IMG/VR virus record: IMGVR_UViG_3300027782_000054
Coordinates: 1-64,000 of that record
Reading direction: 5' to 3' (one strand)
Length of the DNA: 64,000 nucleotides
Origin: a virus
Part shown: positions 26,208-35,539 of the stretch, in pieces
Layout: the number at the start of each line of letters is the position of its first letter
How positions within the stretch are numbered: the first letter of the stretch is position 1
Notes under the pieces: generated by a model
Seen by the model: only the letters and a program-made list of their open reading frames with translations
Told to the model about the DNA's origin: nothing
Database searches by the model: none
Translations under genes and position numbers: made by a program

Positions 26208-27659
26208 ATGTTTGTAGAAGAGACTAATAAAATTTTCGTTGTGGAGGACAACAGAGTAGTGGAGTCTTTTGTAAAACAAGCCTATTATGGCAGCTGCCCG
26301 CATCCTGATTGTGAGGAGCATGGCGCTACAAAGTACGACATTAAGAAGAACGAAAATTGCAAGTCTTGTAATACAAGTATGAAGGTAGAGTTCCCTAAAG
26401 GCAAAACTCCAAAGAAAGATTCTGAGGACAAAGAAACATCCTCTGATAAAGACGAACCTATGACAACTTCTTCTAAAACAGCAGCTGGTTTCCTTGGTGA
26501 AGTCCCTGAATGGGAAGACACTCCTGGCCTAAGTCAAGAAGCTCCCATCCCAGGTAGCGTTCCACAACCTAGACAACCTAATGAAGAAGACAATGTCCAT
26601 GATTGGCGCGTACAAAGATTGACTCAAATGGGATTTGACCCACAGAAAGCATTAGGGCTTGCTTCTAATCCAAATATAGACTTACATCAGGCGGAAAATA
26701 TGATAAACAATGGAGCTACTCCAGATCAAATTGAGAGAGTCCTTTCAAGGGTCGCTGCAGAAGAAGCCCCGGCCATGTCTTCAGACGAAGAAGAAGAAGA
26801 GTGGAAGGAAGACGAGGAAGCAGAGACTTCTTCAGAAGATACTTCTTCTGAAAAGAAGGGTCTTGGCAAGGGATCTAGAGTTTCTCATCGTGAAAAAGAA
26901 GGAACTGTTATTAGCATGGTCCCTGGTATTTATGGTGACACCTTTGGAGTTAAGTTCGATGATGGAAAGGTTGCCGAGTTCCTAAGTGAACAATTAACTG
27001 CTGTTGAGAGCGAAAAGACAATTTACCTTTCTTCTATTGAAGAAATTGTTTCTGATCATATTGAATACGATCTAGCTCCTGCCAATACTCTAGACGAACT
27101 AGAGGGCAAGACAAGAGTTGCTCGCTCATTAAATCTTCGCGCCAAGGGTCTTATTGTTGGAAGCAAGATCTCAATGAATGAAAGAGTCCAGCTTGATAAT
27201 ATCATCACTTCTACATCAGCCGATATTCGTGACTTCAATGAAGGCACAAGTCATCTGCAAGAGATTGAAGCTGAAGCATACCTTGCTCGTTCACCCAAGT
27301 ATAAGATTAATGATGAGTTCATTGGATGGGGTTCACAAGCTCGTACAAAGACTGATGAAGATGTCTCATGGCTCAATGATGTTGATACAGAATTTGATAT
27401 TACTTCTGATCCTAAGTTGATCGCCATCGCTTCTAATTCTGTTGGTAGCCTAACAAGAGAACAGCTTGAAAATGCTGATTTCATGAAGGAAGTCCATTAC
27501 TACTCTGCTCTTAATCTTCCTGCCGAAGCTTCTCCTCGCCTTGCCTCCTTCATGAAGGAAGCTGCTAAGATGAGACTAGAAGAACCAATTCAATCAATCG
27601 CCAAACAAGCCAGTGTCGAGTCATTTGATGATGTAGACGATGCTGCACTCTACATGTAA
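26208..27659 (+). CDS. Acidic multi-domain head-associated protein
   Basis: 483 aa between TerL and portal. Zn ribbon, UBA-like LTQMGFD segment, SH3-like segment. Confidence 0.65.
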   Translation: MFVEETNKIFVVEDNRVVESFVKQAYYGSCPHPDCEEHGATKYDIKKNENCKSCNTSMKVEFPKGKTPKKDSEDKETSSDKDEPMTTSSKTAAGFLGEVPEWEDTPGLSQEAPIPGSVPQPRQPNEEDNVHDWRVQRLTQMGFDPQKALGLASNPNIDLHQAENMINNGATPDQIERVLSRVAAEEAPAMSSDEEEEEWKEDEEAETSSEDTSSEKKGLGKGSRVSHREKEGTVISMVPGIYGDTFGVKFDDGKVAEFLSEQLTAVESEKTIYLSSIEEIVSDHIEYDLAPANTLDELEGKTRVARSLNLRAKGLIVGSKISMNERVQLDNIITSTSADIRDFNEGTSHLQEIEAEAYLARSPKYKINDEFIGWGSQARTKTDEDVSWLNDVDTEFDITSDPKLIAIASNSVGSLTREQLENADFMKEVHYYSALNLPAEASPRLASFMKEAAKMRLEEPIQSIAKQASVESFDDVDDAALYM

Positions 27660-27667
27660 GGATTAAA

Positions 27668-28438
27668 ATGGATATCTATACTTCAGACGAATTCCAAAAG
27701 AAAGCTAATAAGCAAGCTCTAATCCTTGCTCGTACACGCTACAATGAATTGATTGCTCCATTTGTCAAGAACTCAAGTTCAAGATTTGAGTACGCCAAGA
27801 ATGATATTGAAAAGATCGTTCTAGCTGCCGTTGAACAATTTGATGCAGATGCTAACTATGTTCGTTCTAATCTTCGTGCAGTAATTGCAGAAGAATCAGA
27901 TAATAAGCGCACAATGGAAAAGGGTCTTGGCGTTGACGGAGAAGCCGTCAAGGAAGACCTAACAAATGCCGGGAAGTCATACACTGGCTTTGGTGATGGC
28001 AAGGGCGATGCAAAAGACAAGGGTCTTGGTGTTGAAGGTGAGAAGGGTGGCGAAGAAGCCACTTCTGAACCTAAGTCAGAGAGCGTTAATTTTGACAAGA
28101 ATGATGCCGAGAACGAGGATGCTGTCGAAGGTTTCGGTGGAGGTCCTGAAAGCCCATCATCTGAAGTCAAAGATCCAAGCGAAAGACCTGACGAATCCAT
28201 TGAAGAGACAGATATTTCTTACCACAATGGCCCAGTCCTTGAAAAGGAAATTCGTGGCCCATCTGCTGGTGGCCCTGGCAAAAAGCATGAGCTAAAAGAA
28301 GATACTTTCAAGTGGACAAAGGTTGAAGATCGCCTAATTGTTAGCACGAAGGAGTCGTCTTGCTGCGATAGTGATTGCTCCAGTTGTAGCTGTGGCGGTA
28401 GTTGCGGTAGCGATTGCCCTTGTAAAAAAAAAGTCTAG
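27668..28438 (+). CDS. Acidic head-associated protein with metallothionein-like tail (short product of a possible frameshift)
   Basis: 256 aa, ends CCDSDCSSCSCGGSCGSDCPCKKKV. Confidence 0.7.
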   Translation: MDIYTSDEFQKKANKQALILARTRYNELIAPFVKNSSSRFEYAKNDIEKIVLAAVEQFDADANYVRSNLRAVIAEESDNKRTMEKGLGVDGEAVKEDLTNAGKSYTGFGDGKGDAKDKGLGVEGEKGGEEATSEPKSESVNFDKNDAENEDAVEGFGGGPESPSSEVKDPSERPDESIEETDISYHNGPVLEKEIRGPSAGGPGKKHELKEDTFKWTKVEDRLIVSTKESSCCDSDCSSCSCGGSCGSDCPCKKKV

Positions 28439-29694
28439 CAAAAAAAACTGATTCTCAATATAAAACCTACCTCTCTTCTGAAGAAGGAAATAAACCTACC
28501 TCTGGAATGAAATCTGCTGCTGCCCGTGCTTTGAAATGGCATGAAGAAGGCAATAAGGGTGGCACAAGCATTGGACTAGGCCGCGCTCATCAAATTGTAA
28601 ATGGCGAGAATTTGAGTAATAGTACGGTAAAAAGAATGCATTCATTCTTTGCTCGCCATGCAGTAGATAAAAAAGCTCCTGGCTTTAATTCTGGGCCAGA
28701 GTTTCCTTCCCCAGGCCGTGTTGCATGGGATCTATGGGGTGGAAATTCAGGAGCTTCCTGGTCAAAAGCTAAAGCTGCACAAATGGATAAAAGTTCTTCG
28801 TTAGAAAAACAAACATTTGCTCAAATAGGCCAGCCCATAACTGGTTATGGACCAAGCAATGGAGATAATCCAAATGATGAAGCTAATCCACTTGTTGGAA
28901 CTAAAATCTGTCCTTCTTGCAATACAGTGAATGAATCAGAGGCAACGCAGTGTGCAAACATTTCCTGTGGAAAGTCATTGACAAATCAAACACTGGCTGC
29001 TACAAAAACCGCTGAACTTCCTGGTGAACCACAGGGATCAGTTCCCAATGGTGCAGAAATGCCCATGAACAATGCTCCCAATCCTGCTATGATGGGCGAG
29101 AACGTCAGTGATGAGAACAAATCACTACAAGACCCAAAGGCTTTAGCTCGTATCACAGTAGCCAATGAAAGTGCTGCTAAAGAATTCTCTCAAGTAGATA
29201 AACTTGAGAATGCTCCGGAAGTTAAAAAACTTATCTCACAGAAATATCATCTTCCAGAAGAATATCTTGATCATCATCTAGTTGTAGAAGCTACGTTTGG
29301 AGACAGCATCGCCATCAATGGTCAGATGAAGGTAGAAGGAATAGATACTGAAACTCTATCTGAAGTTCATGTTGATCAACAATTCATTGAAGAGGGCGAT
29401 TCTTTAACTGAGGTCAAAAAGGGAGCATCTGTTCCTCTTAAGCTCATTATTAAAAAAATAATGAAAGAAGAGAATATGGATGAAATTACTGCGATGAATT
29501 CCCTAAAAGATTCATGGGCAGGAGAAAGTCCTCCTCTTGAGATGAAAGTTCTTGTTCAAGGATCATTAAGGTATTTCCTCCCAATAGAAGCTGTTGGGCA
29601 ACAACAAACAGAGTCTCCATTCCAGCAACAACAAAGACCAGAAGATGTAATGGATCAGGAATACAATCAAGTCCCTGAACAACCTGCTCACTAA
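28426..29694 (+). CDS. Head-associated protein; probable -1 frame extension of 27668 ORF
   Basis: Frame is open from 28426, well upstream of ATG 28507. KPTSGMKSAAARALKW...RMHSFFARH...AWDLWGG domain seen in phage head-morphogenesis proteins. Zn ribbon CPSC..CANISC. Confidence 0.7.
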   Translation, partial: KKSLAKKTDSQYKTYLSSEEGNKPTSGMKSAAARALKWHEEGNKGGTSIGLGRAHQIVNGENLSNSTVKRMHSFFARHAVDKKAPGFNSGPEFPSPGRVAWDLWGGNSGASWSKAKAAQMDKSSSLEKQTFAQIGQPITGYGPSNGDNPNDEANPLVGTKICPSCNTVNESEATQCANISCGKSLTNQTLAATKTAELPGEPQGSVPNGAEMPMNNAPNPAMMGENVSDENKSLQDPKALARITVANESAAKEFSQVDKLENAPEVKKLISQKYHLPEEYLDHHLVVEATFGDSIAINGQMKVEGIDTETLSEVHVDQQFIEEGDSLTEVKKGASVPLKLIIKKIMKEENMDEITAMNSLKDSWAGESPPLEMKVLVQGSLRYFLPIEAVGQQQTESPFQQQQRPEDVMDQEYNQVPEQPAH

Positions 29695-29696
29695 AA

Positions 29697-29963
29697 GTGT
29701 TACATAAAATTAATCTACATAAAAAAGAATTAAATTTTATCTGTTGTGAAATATGCGGGTATGATAAGTATGTTACCCGTCATAGAATAAGGCCCGGTAA
29801 AAAGGGTGGAAGGTATGCTCCAGAAAATGTAATAGGATTATGCCCTAACTGTCACATAGAGGCAGAGCTTAAATTAATTTCTCCATTAACACTATTAAGC
29901 ATAATTTATGATAGAATAAAGAAAGAAAGAGAAAATATTTTAAGCTGTAGAGGTCGTAGTTGA
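29697..29963 (+). CDS. Small HNH endonuclease
   Basis: CEICG..HRI..GG..N..LCPNCH, AT-rich. Confidence 0.8.
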   Translation: MLHKINLHKKELNFICCEICGYDKYVTRHRIRPGKKGGRYAPENVIGLCPNCHIEAELKLISPLTLLSIIYDRIKKERENILSCRGRS

Positions 29964-29987
29964 CATTAGAATAATCTAGTGTATAAT
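29960..29987 (+). promoter_or_regulatory. sigma70-type promoter for portal
   Basis: TTGACA-16 bp-TATAAT. Confidence 0.65.
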
Positions 29988-30004
29988 ATGAAAACAAGGT
30001 AAAG

Positions 30005-32077
30005 ATGGCGGATTTTTTAAACGGAGGAGAGTTACACAAGTATCGCTCAAGTGCGCTACATACTCCTCGTATACCTAGAAATGTTCTTACATCCCAAAAG
30101 GATGATAAGCTTTTTGAACAGGTTGATGATCATAATCGTAAATTAGCCGGTGAATTCGCTAATAAGCGCAATAATCGTAAGACAGCCTCTGCTATGAGAA
30201 AACTGTCTGGGTACTCATCTACTGCTGTAGGTGGCGATGTATTTGCAGCTATTCCTCGTTTCTATTCACCACTTGAATACTTTGAACAGACACAGATCCC
30301 TTATGACATTAACAATAAGAAGCATCGTTTTGAACTTTATAAGTGGCTTGATCTTTTCTATAGGACTCATTATCTTATTCCTATTCTTGTTGATATTTTC
30401 ACTCGCTTCCCTCTTGTCGGAGTTGATTTCTTTGGCCCCGATGAGGAATTAAATAATTTCTACCATGAGCTATTCTTTGATCGCCTAGACTATGAACAGT
30501 TCATGGTGGATATGGGTCGTGAATACTGGACTCTAGGTCAGTCATTCCCAATGGGTACCTTTAATGAAACCCTTGGTATCTGGGAATCAGAAGAACTTAT
30601 TGACCCAACTCTTGTCGATGTAAAGCGTTTCCCCATTATTGGTGGAGAGCAATTCTTTATCGTTCCTCCTAAGGAACTTGTAGACCTTGTTAAGAACCGT
30701 AGACCTGCTCCTCAGTTCGCTCTTCTTGAGAAGAACTATCCGGAGCTTATTCCGTTCTTAATGAATGGTCGCAACATTCCGATCTCTAATGTTCTAATGA
30801 AGCAAGTTGCTTTCAAGGCTTCACCAAGAGATCTTTATGGAACTCCCATCCTTCTTCGCGCATTAAGAACACTTATGCATGAAGAGAAGCTACTCGCATC
30901 ACAGGATGCTATTGCTGAACGTCTCTATTCACCACTTATTCTTGCCAAGCTTGGTGTTCAGGAGATGGGCGCAAATAGAATGCCATGGATTCCTGGTCCT
31001 CAGGAAATCTCTTCATTCCGTAACGATCTTGATATTGCTCTCTCATCAGACTTCCGTTTGATCGTCCACCATTTTGGCATTGATATTCAGAACGTCTTTG
31101 GTCGTGAACAGATGCCTCGTCTTGATAACGACTTTGATCGTATTGAGAAGCGCATCATGCAATCATTCGGAGTCAATCCAAATCTCTTGAGTGGTGGTAA
31201 CGCATCTACGCCTTACGCATCATCTGCTCTACAGGCTGAATTCTTGAATCAGATGCTTCGCACCTATCAGAATTTCCTCAAGAAGCATTACAAAGAACGC
31301 GCACTTATTGTTGCTGAAGCTCAAGGTCATTATGCATATGAGAAGCGTGGAGATACTCGCGTACCGATCATGGAAGAAGTTCTTATCTATGATGAGGAAG
31401 GTAATCAGCGCATTGAAAGACGCAAGAAGCTTATGATCCCTGAGATGAGAATGAAAACTCTTGACCTTCGTGACGAAGCAACTCAACGTCAGTTCCTCAC
31501 ATCACTTAGACAACAGGGTGTTCCGATCCCAGATCAAGATATTACAATGGGTATGCATTACGACTTCACAGAGTCTCTCAATAAATTCAGCGATGAGACA
31601 GTTAAGAAGACTATCGCAACTCAACAGGCTAAGGTTCGTGCCTACAATATCCTTGTCGCTATGAATCTACCTGTCCCACCAGACCTCCTTGCAGAAATGC
31701 AGGTTGCTGGACTTGCCCCTGCCGGTCAGCAAGGCGTCCCAGGAAGTCCTCCACAAGGACCACCAGCAGGACAGCAACCCGGTGGTGCCGGAGGTGCCGC
31801 AGGTGGGCCAGGAGGTCCTCCTGCAGGTGGAGGCGGTGGAGGCATCCCTATGCCCCCAGTTCCTACAGACCTAGGTGGATACAATCCTGAACGTGGCAAC
31901 GTGCCTGAGCAGTCTACTGAGAGGCTCCCAGGGCCAGGAGGAACTAATGCTCCTGCTGCACCGAAGGCTGCTTCCTACAAAACATCTAACTTTGACCTAC
32001 CAAGAGCTAAGTCTATTCCTAAAATTGAGTTCCTCCATACGTGGCAACTTGATGATGAAGAAGACTTGACAGACTAG
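30005..32077 (+). CDS. Portal protein
   Basis: YGTPILLRALRTL, PLILAKLG, FGVNPNLLSG, G/P-rich C-tail, packaging context. Confidence 0.85.
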   Translation: MADFLNGGELHKYRSSALHTPRIPRNVLTSQKDDKLFEQVDDHNRKLAGEFANKRNNRKTASAMRKLSGYSSTAVGGDVFAAIPRFYSPLEYFEQTQIPYDINNKKHRFELYKWLDLFYRTHYLIPILVDIFTRFPLVGVDFFGPDEELNNFYHELFFDRLDYEQFMVDMGREYWTLGQSFPMGTFNETLGIWESEELIDPTLVDVKRFPIIGGEQFFIVPPKELVDLVKNRRPAPQFALLEKNYPELIPFLMNGRNIPISNVLMKQVAFKASPRDLYGTPILLRALRTLMHEEKLLASQDAIAERLYSPLILAKLGVQEMGANRMPWIPGPQEISSFRNDLDIALSSDFRLIVHHFGIDIQNVFGREQMPRLDNDFDRIEKRIMQSFGVNPNLLSGGNASTPYASSALQAEFLNQMLRTYQNFLKKHYKERALIVAEAQGHYAYEKRGDTRVPIMEEVLIYDEEGNQRIERRKKLMIPEMRMKTLDLRDEATQRQFLTSLRQQGVPIPDQDITMGMHYDFTESLNKFSDETVKKTIATQQAKVRAYNILVAMNLPVPPDLLAEMQVAGLAPAGQQGVPGSPPQGPPAGQQPGGAGGAAGGPGGPPAGGGGGGIPMPPVPTDLGGYNPERGNVPEQSTERLPGPGGTNAPAAPKAASYKTSNFDLPRAKSIPKIEFLHTWQLDDEEDLTD

Positions 32078-32094
32078 CTAATCTACGCTAGTAT
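32066..32094 (+). promoter_or_regulatory. sigma70-type promoter (leaderless gene)
   Basis: TTGACA-17 bp-TAGTAT, GTG 7 nt later. Confidence 0.65.
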
Positions 32095-32101
32095 TCCTGT
32101 T

Positions 32102-32533
32102 GTGTTAGAACAGAAGCAGCTATCTCTATTTGGTGATAAGCCAAAGTATAGAATCGTATCCACTGCTGAAAAACGCAGTCTACTTGAAGAGGCAGGAGAG
32201 TCTTGGCCTGTCTGCGATTGTTGCGGAATAGAAAAGCAATGGAACGCACAAGCTTATAAAAAAGCTGGAGGTTCTTGGGCATTACGTTGCTCAGTATTAG
32301 CCTTGGTTCATAGAAATGCAAAAACCCCTGGCACTTATCGTTATAATACAGGTCATGGTATAGGTGAACCTGGGGCGAAGGCAAGGGCAAAAAAAAGAAG
32401 ACTGTCCAATACTCCTGGCACTTATGCGTACAATCAAAGAATAAAGGTTATAGATCAAAGAATGCAGAAATACATAGATGGTACTCCTGAAAATATTGAA
32501 TATCTAGAAAGGGTTAAATCAACATGGATCTAA
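32102..32533 (+). CDS. Basic hypothetical protein
   Basis: CDCCG motif and duplicated TPGTYxYN. Confidence 0.65.
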   Translation: MLEQKQLSLFGDKPKYRIVSTAEKRSLLEEAGESWPVCDCCGIEKQWNAQAYKKAGGSWALRCSVLALVHRNAKTPGTYRYNTGHGIGEPGAKARAKKRRLSNTPGTYAYNQRIKVIDQRMQKYIDGTPENIEYLERVKSTWI

Positions 32534-32745
32534 AAAGTAAAATTACTATTGATGATGATCTTCACAGAGCAAAGCTAAAGCAGAGTCATGCTTTACGCGC
32601 AATCTTCAACTACAATGTTGGTATGCAGCGCATTGACCATCATTTTGATGTAATTAGACCTGCTCTTGCACAAATTGATAAGAATGCTATTAAGGGTGAA
32701 GTTCCTGTGTTTGAGTTACTGGAAATCAATGCAAATCAAGGCTAG
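32524..32745 (+). CDS. Hypothetical protein
   Basis: 73-aa coupled ORF. Confidence 0.6.
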   Translation: MDLKSKITIDDDLHRAKLKQSHALRAIFNYNVGMQRIDHHFDVIRPALAQIDKNAIKGEVPVFELLEINANQG

Positions 32746-33322
32746 TAATAAAAAGCTCAAGATCCTAGACTTTGATCTAGAAAATAGACCAATCAGTTAT
32801 GCAGGTAATGACTTCACATTTTCTGATGTTACTGCTATAGCTGCATCATTTGTTGGCTCTAGAGAAGTCAAGGTATGGGCTATCCCAGAAGTATCTTATG
32901 AAGAGATGCTTGCTGAGTTTAAGATCATGTATGATAAGGCTGACATGGTTACTGGTCATAACATTCGCAAGCATGACCTTCCTATCCTTAGAGGAGCAAT
33001 GCTTGAGTTTGGTATTGGCATTCTTTCGCCCAAGCTCACCTCAGATACTTATCTTGATCTAATTAGCTTCAGTGGAGTTTCCAAGTCTCAGGAAAACCTA
33101 TCTGATATGTATGGGCTTCCTGCTTCTAAGTTTCACATGAATCAGAATAGTTGGAGACAGGCTAATAGACTAACTGCTGAAGGCATCGCTCTCACTAAGA
33201 AGCGTGTCATCTCTGATGTTAAGCAGCACAAGCAACTGCGTAATCGTTTGATCGAAGCTAACGCGCTTCGTGGTCCTAAGATGTGGACTGGCAAAAGTAC
33301 ATTCACTGTTGGAAATCACTAA
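32729..33322 (+). CDS. DEDD/RNase H-like 3'-5' exonuclease
   Basis: LDFDLE, TGHNIRKHDL, SDV motifs. Confidence 0.8.
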   Translation: MQIKASNKKLKILDFDLENRPISYAGNDFTFSDVTAIAASFVGSREVKVWAIPEVSYEEMLAEFKIMYDKADMVTGHNIRKHDLPILRGAMLEFGIGILSPKLTSDTYLDLISFSGVSKSQENLSDMYGLPASKFHMNQNSWRQANRLTAEGIALTKKRVISDVKQHKQLRNRLIEANALRGPKMWTGKSTFTVGNH

Positions 33323-33330
33323 GGAGAACT

Positions 33331-33507
33331 ATGGCTAAGACAGACTTTAAACCGGAATATGCTCTCAATCGTTGCTGGTATCTAGCAGTTTACGATGTTC
33401 AAGGTGGACCCGTTCCGCCTCAGGCAATTGAAGATCTTGAGTCCTTTGCAGAACAGATTGCAGAGCAGTACAATCTTGTCGTTTCATCTGAAATCGCAAC
33501 GAGATAG
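33331..33507 (+). CDS. Hypothetical protein
   Basis: SD AAGGAG before MAKTDF. Confidence 0.65.
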   Translation: MAKTDFKPEYALNRCWYLAVYDVQGGPVPPQAIEDLESFAEQIAEQYNLVVSSEIATR

Positions 33508-33510
33508 ATT

Positions 33511-34074
33511 ATGCTAATCGGAATGACAGGAGGGCTTAGGGTTGGTAAGGATACAGCCTTTAAGCTTATTCAGGAAGAGCATCCGAGTGTAAAAAGAATT
33601 GCCTTTGCTGATAAAATGAAAGAGTCTGCTGCAGCGATACTAGATATCTCTGTGGCAGAACTCAATCATCTTAAGTCACATCCTAAGGTTAAGCTGTCTC
33701 TATATGATCCTCTCAGCACAGTCTCTGTGTCTCTCTCTATGAGACAGTTTCTTCAGAGATATGGAACAGAGGCTCATCGTGACATCTTTGGTAATAATTT
33801 CTGGGTAGACATTAGTCTACCCAGAGACTTTAGTCATGACAATAATATCGTCATCGTCACAGATGTTCGTTTCGAAGAAGAAATCAAAAGGATCCATGAA
33901 CTTGATGGATATATCATAAAGATCTCAAGAGATAATAGGCATAGCGTAGATAGTCATATCTCAGAACAGCAGATAGATGATTATGATTTTGCCATCGAAA
34001 ACAATTCATCTCTTCTTGAATACAAGAAGGGTCTTTTAGATATTATGGGGTTAATTAATGATAATCCAAGTTGA
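33511..34074 (+). CDS. Deoxynucleotide monophosphate kinase
   Basis: GMTGGLRVGKDT, FADKMK, RQFLQRYGTE, TDVRF, HISE. Confidence 0.9.
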   Translation: MLIGMTGGLRVGKDTAFKLIQEEHPSVKRIAFADKMKESAAAILDISVAELNHLKSHPKVKLSLYDPLSTVSVSLSMRQFLQRYGTEAHRDIFGNNFWVDISLPRDFSHDNNIVIVTDVRFEEEIKRIHELDGYIIKISRDNRHSVDSHISEQQIDDYDFAIENNSSLLEYKKGLLDIMGLINDNPS

Positions 34075-34663
34075 TATTGACTCTACACTCTATGATGCCG
34101 ACCCTCTCTTTACAGAACTAGCAAGAGAGGCTGGCATTGATTATCCAGAACATGCATATAGATGGATGTCATATAGTGATATTAAAAAGCTAGATGGATC
34201 TCCTGTAACACTACAGGAGATGAAGTCTGTTTTTAGGAAGGCTCATTCTGCTGAGTATATTAATAAGCAAGTTCCTTATGAAAATGCAGCGGCAGTTCTT
34301 AATTACATTAAGCGTGTACATGATAATGTAGATATTATCTATGTGTCAGATAGACATCAACAATCTAATGGCTCTCTTCGTCAATGGCTCATTGAGCATA
34401 ATTTTATCAAGTTCAATGATGAGAATGTAGCTACTACAAAAGATAAACGTCATTGGATGAGGACAAACAAGCCAGAGGTTGTCATTGATGATCGTGTACG
34501 CACGATCCTTGTGGCAAGATATGAGTTAAATTCAAAGGTAATCGTTCCAAAGCATAATCATAATGTAAATCTCTTTGGAGAAGCTGAAGGTATTTATGTA
34601 GAAGATGATTGGAACCATATTGGCACCAGACTTGACAAACTAGTAAGTTTGTATCTAAAATAA
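34058..34663 (+). CDS. HAD-family 5'(3')-deoxyribonucleotidase-like
   Basis: VDIDSTL, YVSDR, K, VIDD. Confidence 0.8.
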   Translation: MIIQVDIDSTLYDADPLFTELAREAGIDYPEHAYRWMSYSDIKKLDGSPVTLQEMKSVFRKAHSAEYINKQVPYENAAAVLNYIKRVHDNVDIIYVSDRHQQSNGSLRQWLIEHNFIKFNDENVATTKDKRHWMRTNKPEVVIDDRVRTILVARYELNSKVIVPKHNHNVNLFGEAEGIYVEDDWNHIGTRLDKLVSLYLK

Positions 34664-34679
34664 TTATAAGGAGAATAGA

Positions 34680-34973
34680 ATGACTGAAAACGAACAAACA
34701 ACTCAAGATGATCCTCACGGTCCATCAATAGGGATTTACCCATCTATGCATGGTATTGTCCTAGATGTGTCTGATGGCACAGAGACTAAGCAGCAAATTC
34801 TTCTTAGCCCGGATGATGCGTCTAAGATTGCTATCAATCTTATTACCAACATCGTATTATTCCAGATGAATACTGCAATGAGAGCAGCCTCAGAGAACAT
34901 AGAGGTCGAGAGAATGCGTCAGCTTATTACTCAGGGCGTACAAGGAGTACCCAGTGTTCCAAATATTTCGTAA
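34680..34973 (+). CDS. Hypothetical protein
   Basis: SD AAGGAG, 97 aa. Confidence 0.7.
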   Translation: MTENEQTTQDDPHGPSIGIYPSMHGIVLDVSDGTETKQQILLSPDDASKIAINLITNIVLFQMNTAMRAASENIEVERMRQLITQGVQGVPSVPNIS

Positions 34974-35196
34974 AAATAAACCGACTGTCACTGAGATCAT
35001 CGCACTTCAAAACATTGGCATCATCGGGACTATCGAAACTCGTTCATGGCTAGCTCATGAATTCAAAGGTTTCCGCAATGCCCGTAGAGAAGATGTAGAT
35101 GGTATGATTGAAAATTATGCTTCTGCTGCAACTCAAGAGCCAGAAGGTAAGTTCAACGATTTTGGCTTTAAGGATGATGAGGACTACGATGATTAA
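34954..35196 (+). CDS. Hypothetical protein
   Basis: SD AAGGAG before GTG. Confidence 0.65.
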   Translation: MFQIFRKNKPTVTEIIALQNIGIIGTIETRSWLAHEFKGFRNARREDVDGMIENYASAATQEPEGKFNDFGFKDDEDYDD

Positions 35197-35198
35197 CA

Positions 35199-35372
35199 AT
35201 GACAAAGGCTAAGAAACCAATTAAAATTTATTTTAAATACTCTTTCTCTCCATGGTCACTATATGATCAGACTAGAGATGAGTCCTGGGCGGATGTTCAA
35301 TTTGAGAGAATGAAGCAAGATCACCCAGGTGCAGAATATAAAAGAGAACCGGAGGCAAAAGAAAAGAAATGA
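35199..35372 (+). CDS. 57-aa hypothetical protein (not in ORF track)
   Basis: MTKAKKPIKIYFKYSFSPWSLYD...; ATGA coupling to the next ORF. Confidence 0.55.
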   Translation: MTKAKKPIKIYFKYSFSPWSLYDQTRDESWADVQFERMKQDHPGAEYKREPEAKEKK

Positions 35373-35539
35373 CATATGGAAGTAATATACTGCCATCCAA
35401 GTTTGGTCGTGGAAAAGATGATCCCCAGGAATGGACTTGCATCTGCGATAAACATAATAGAAGATGGCACAAGAAGTGTCAGGTCTGTGGTATTGACAAG
35501 GATCTAGCTAAGAAAGCGATTCATGAATCTAAGCAGTAA
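35369..35539 (+). CDS. RanBP2-like zinc-finger mini-protein (not in ORF track)
   Basis: EWTCICDKHNRRWHKKCQVCG. Confidence 0.6.
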   Translation: MTYGSNILPSKFGRGKDDPQEWTCICDKHNRRWHKKCQVCGIDKDLAKKAIHESKQ

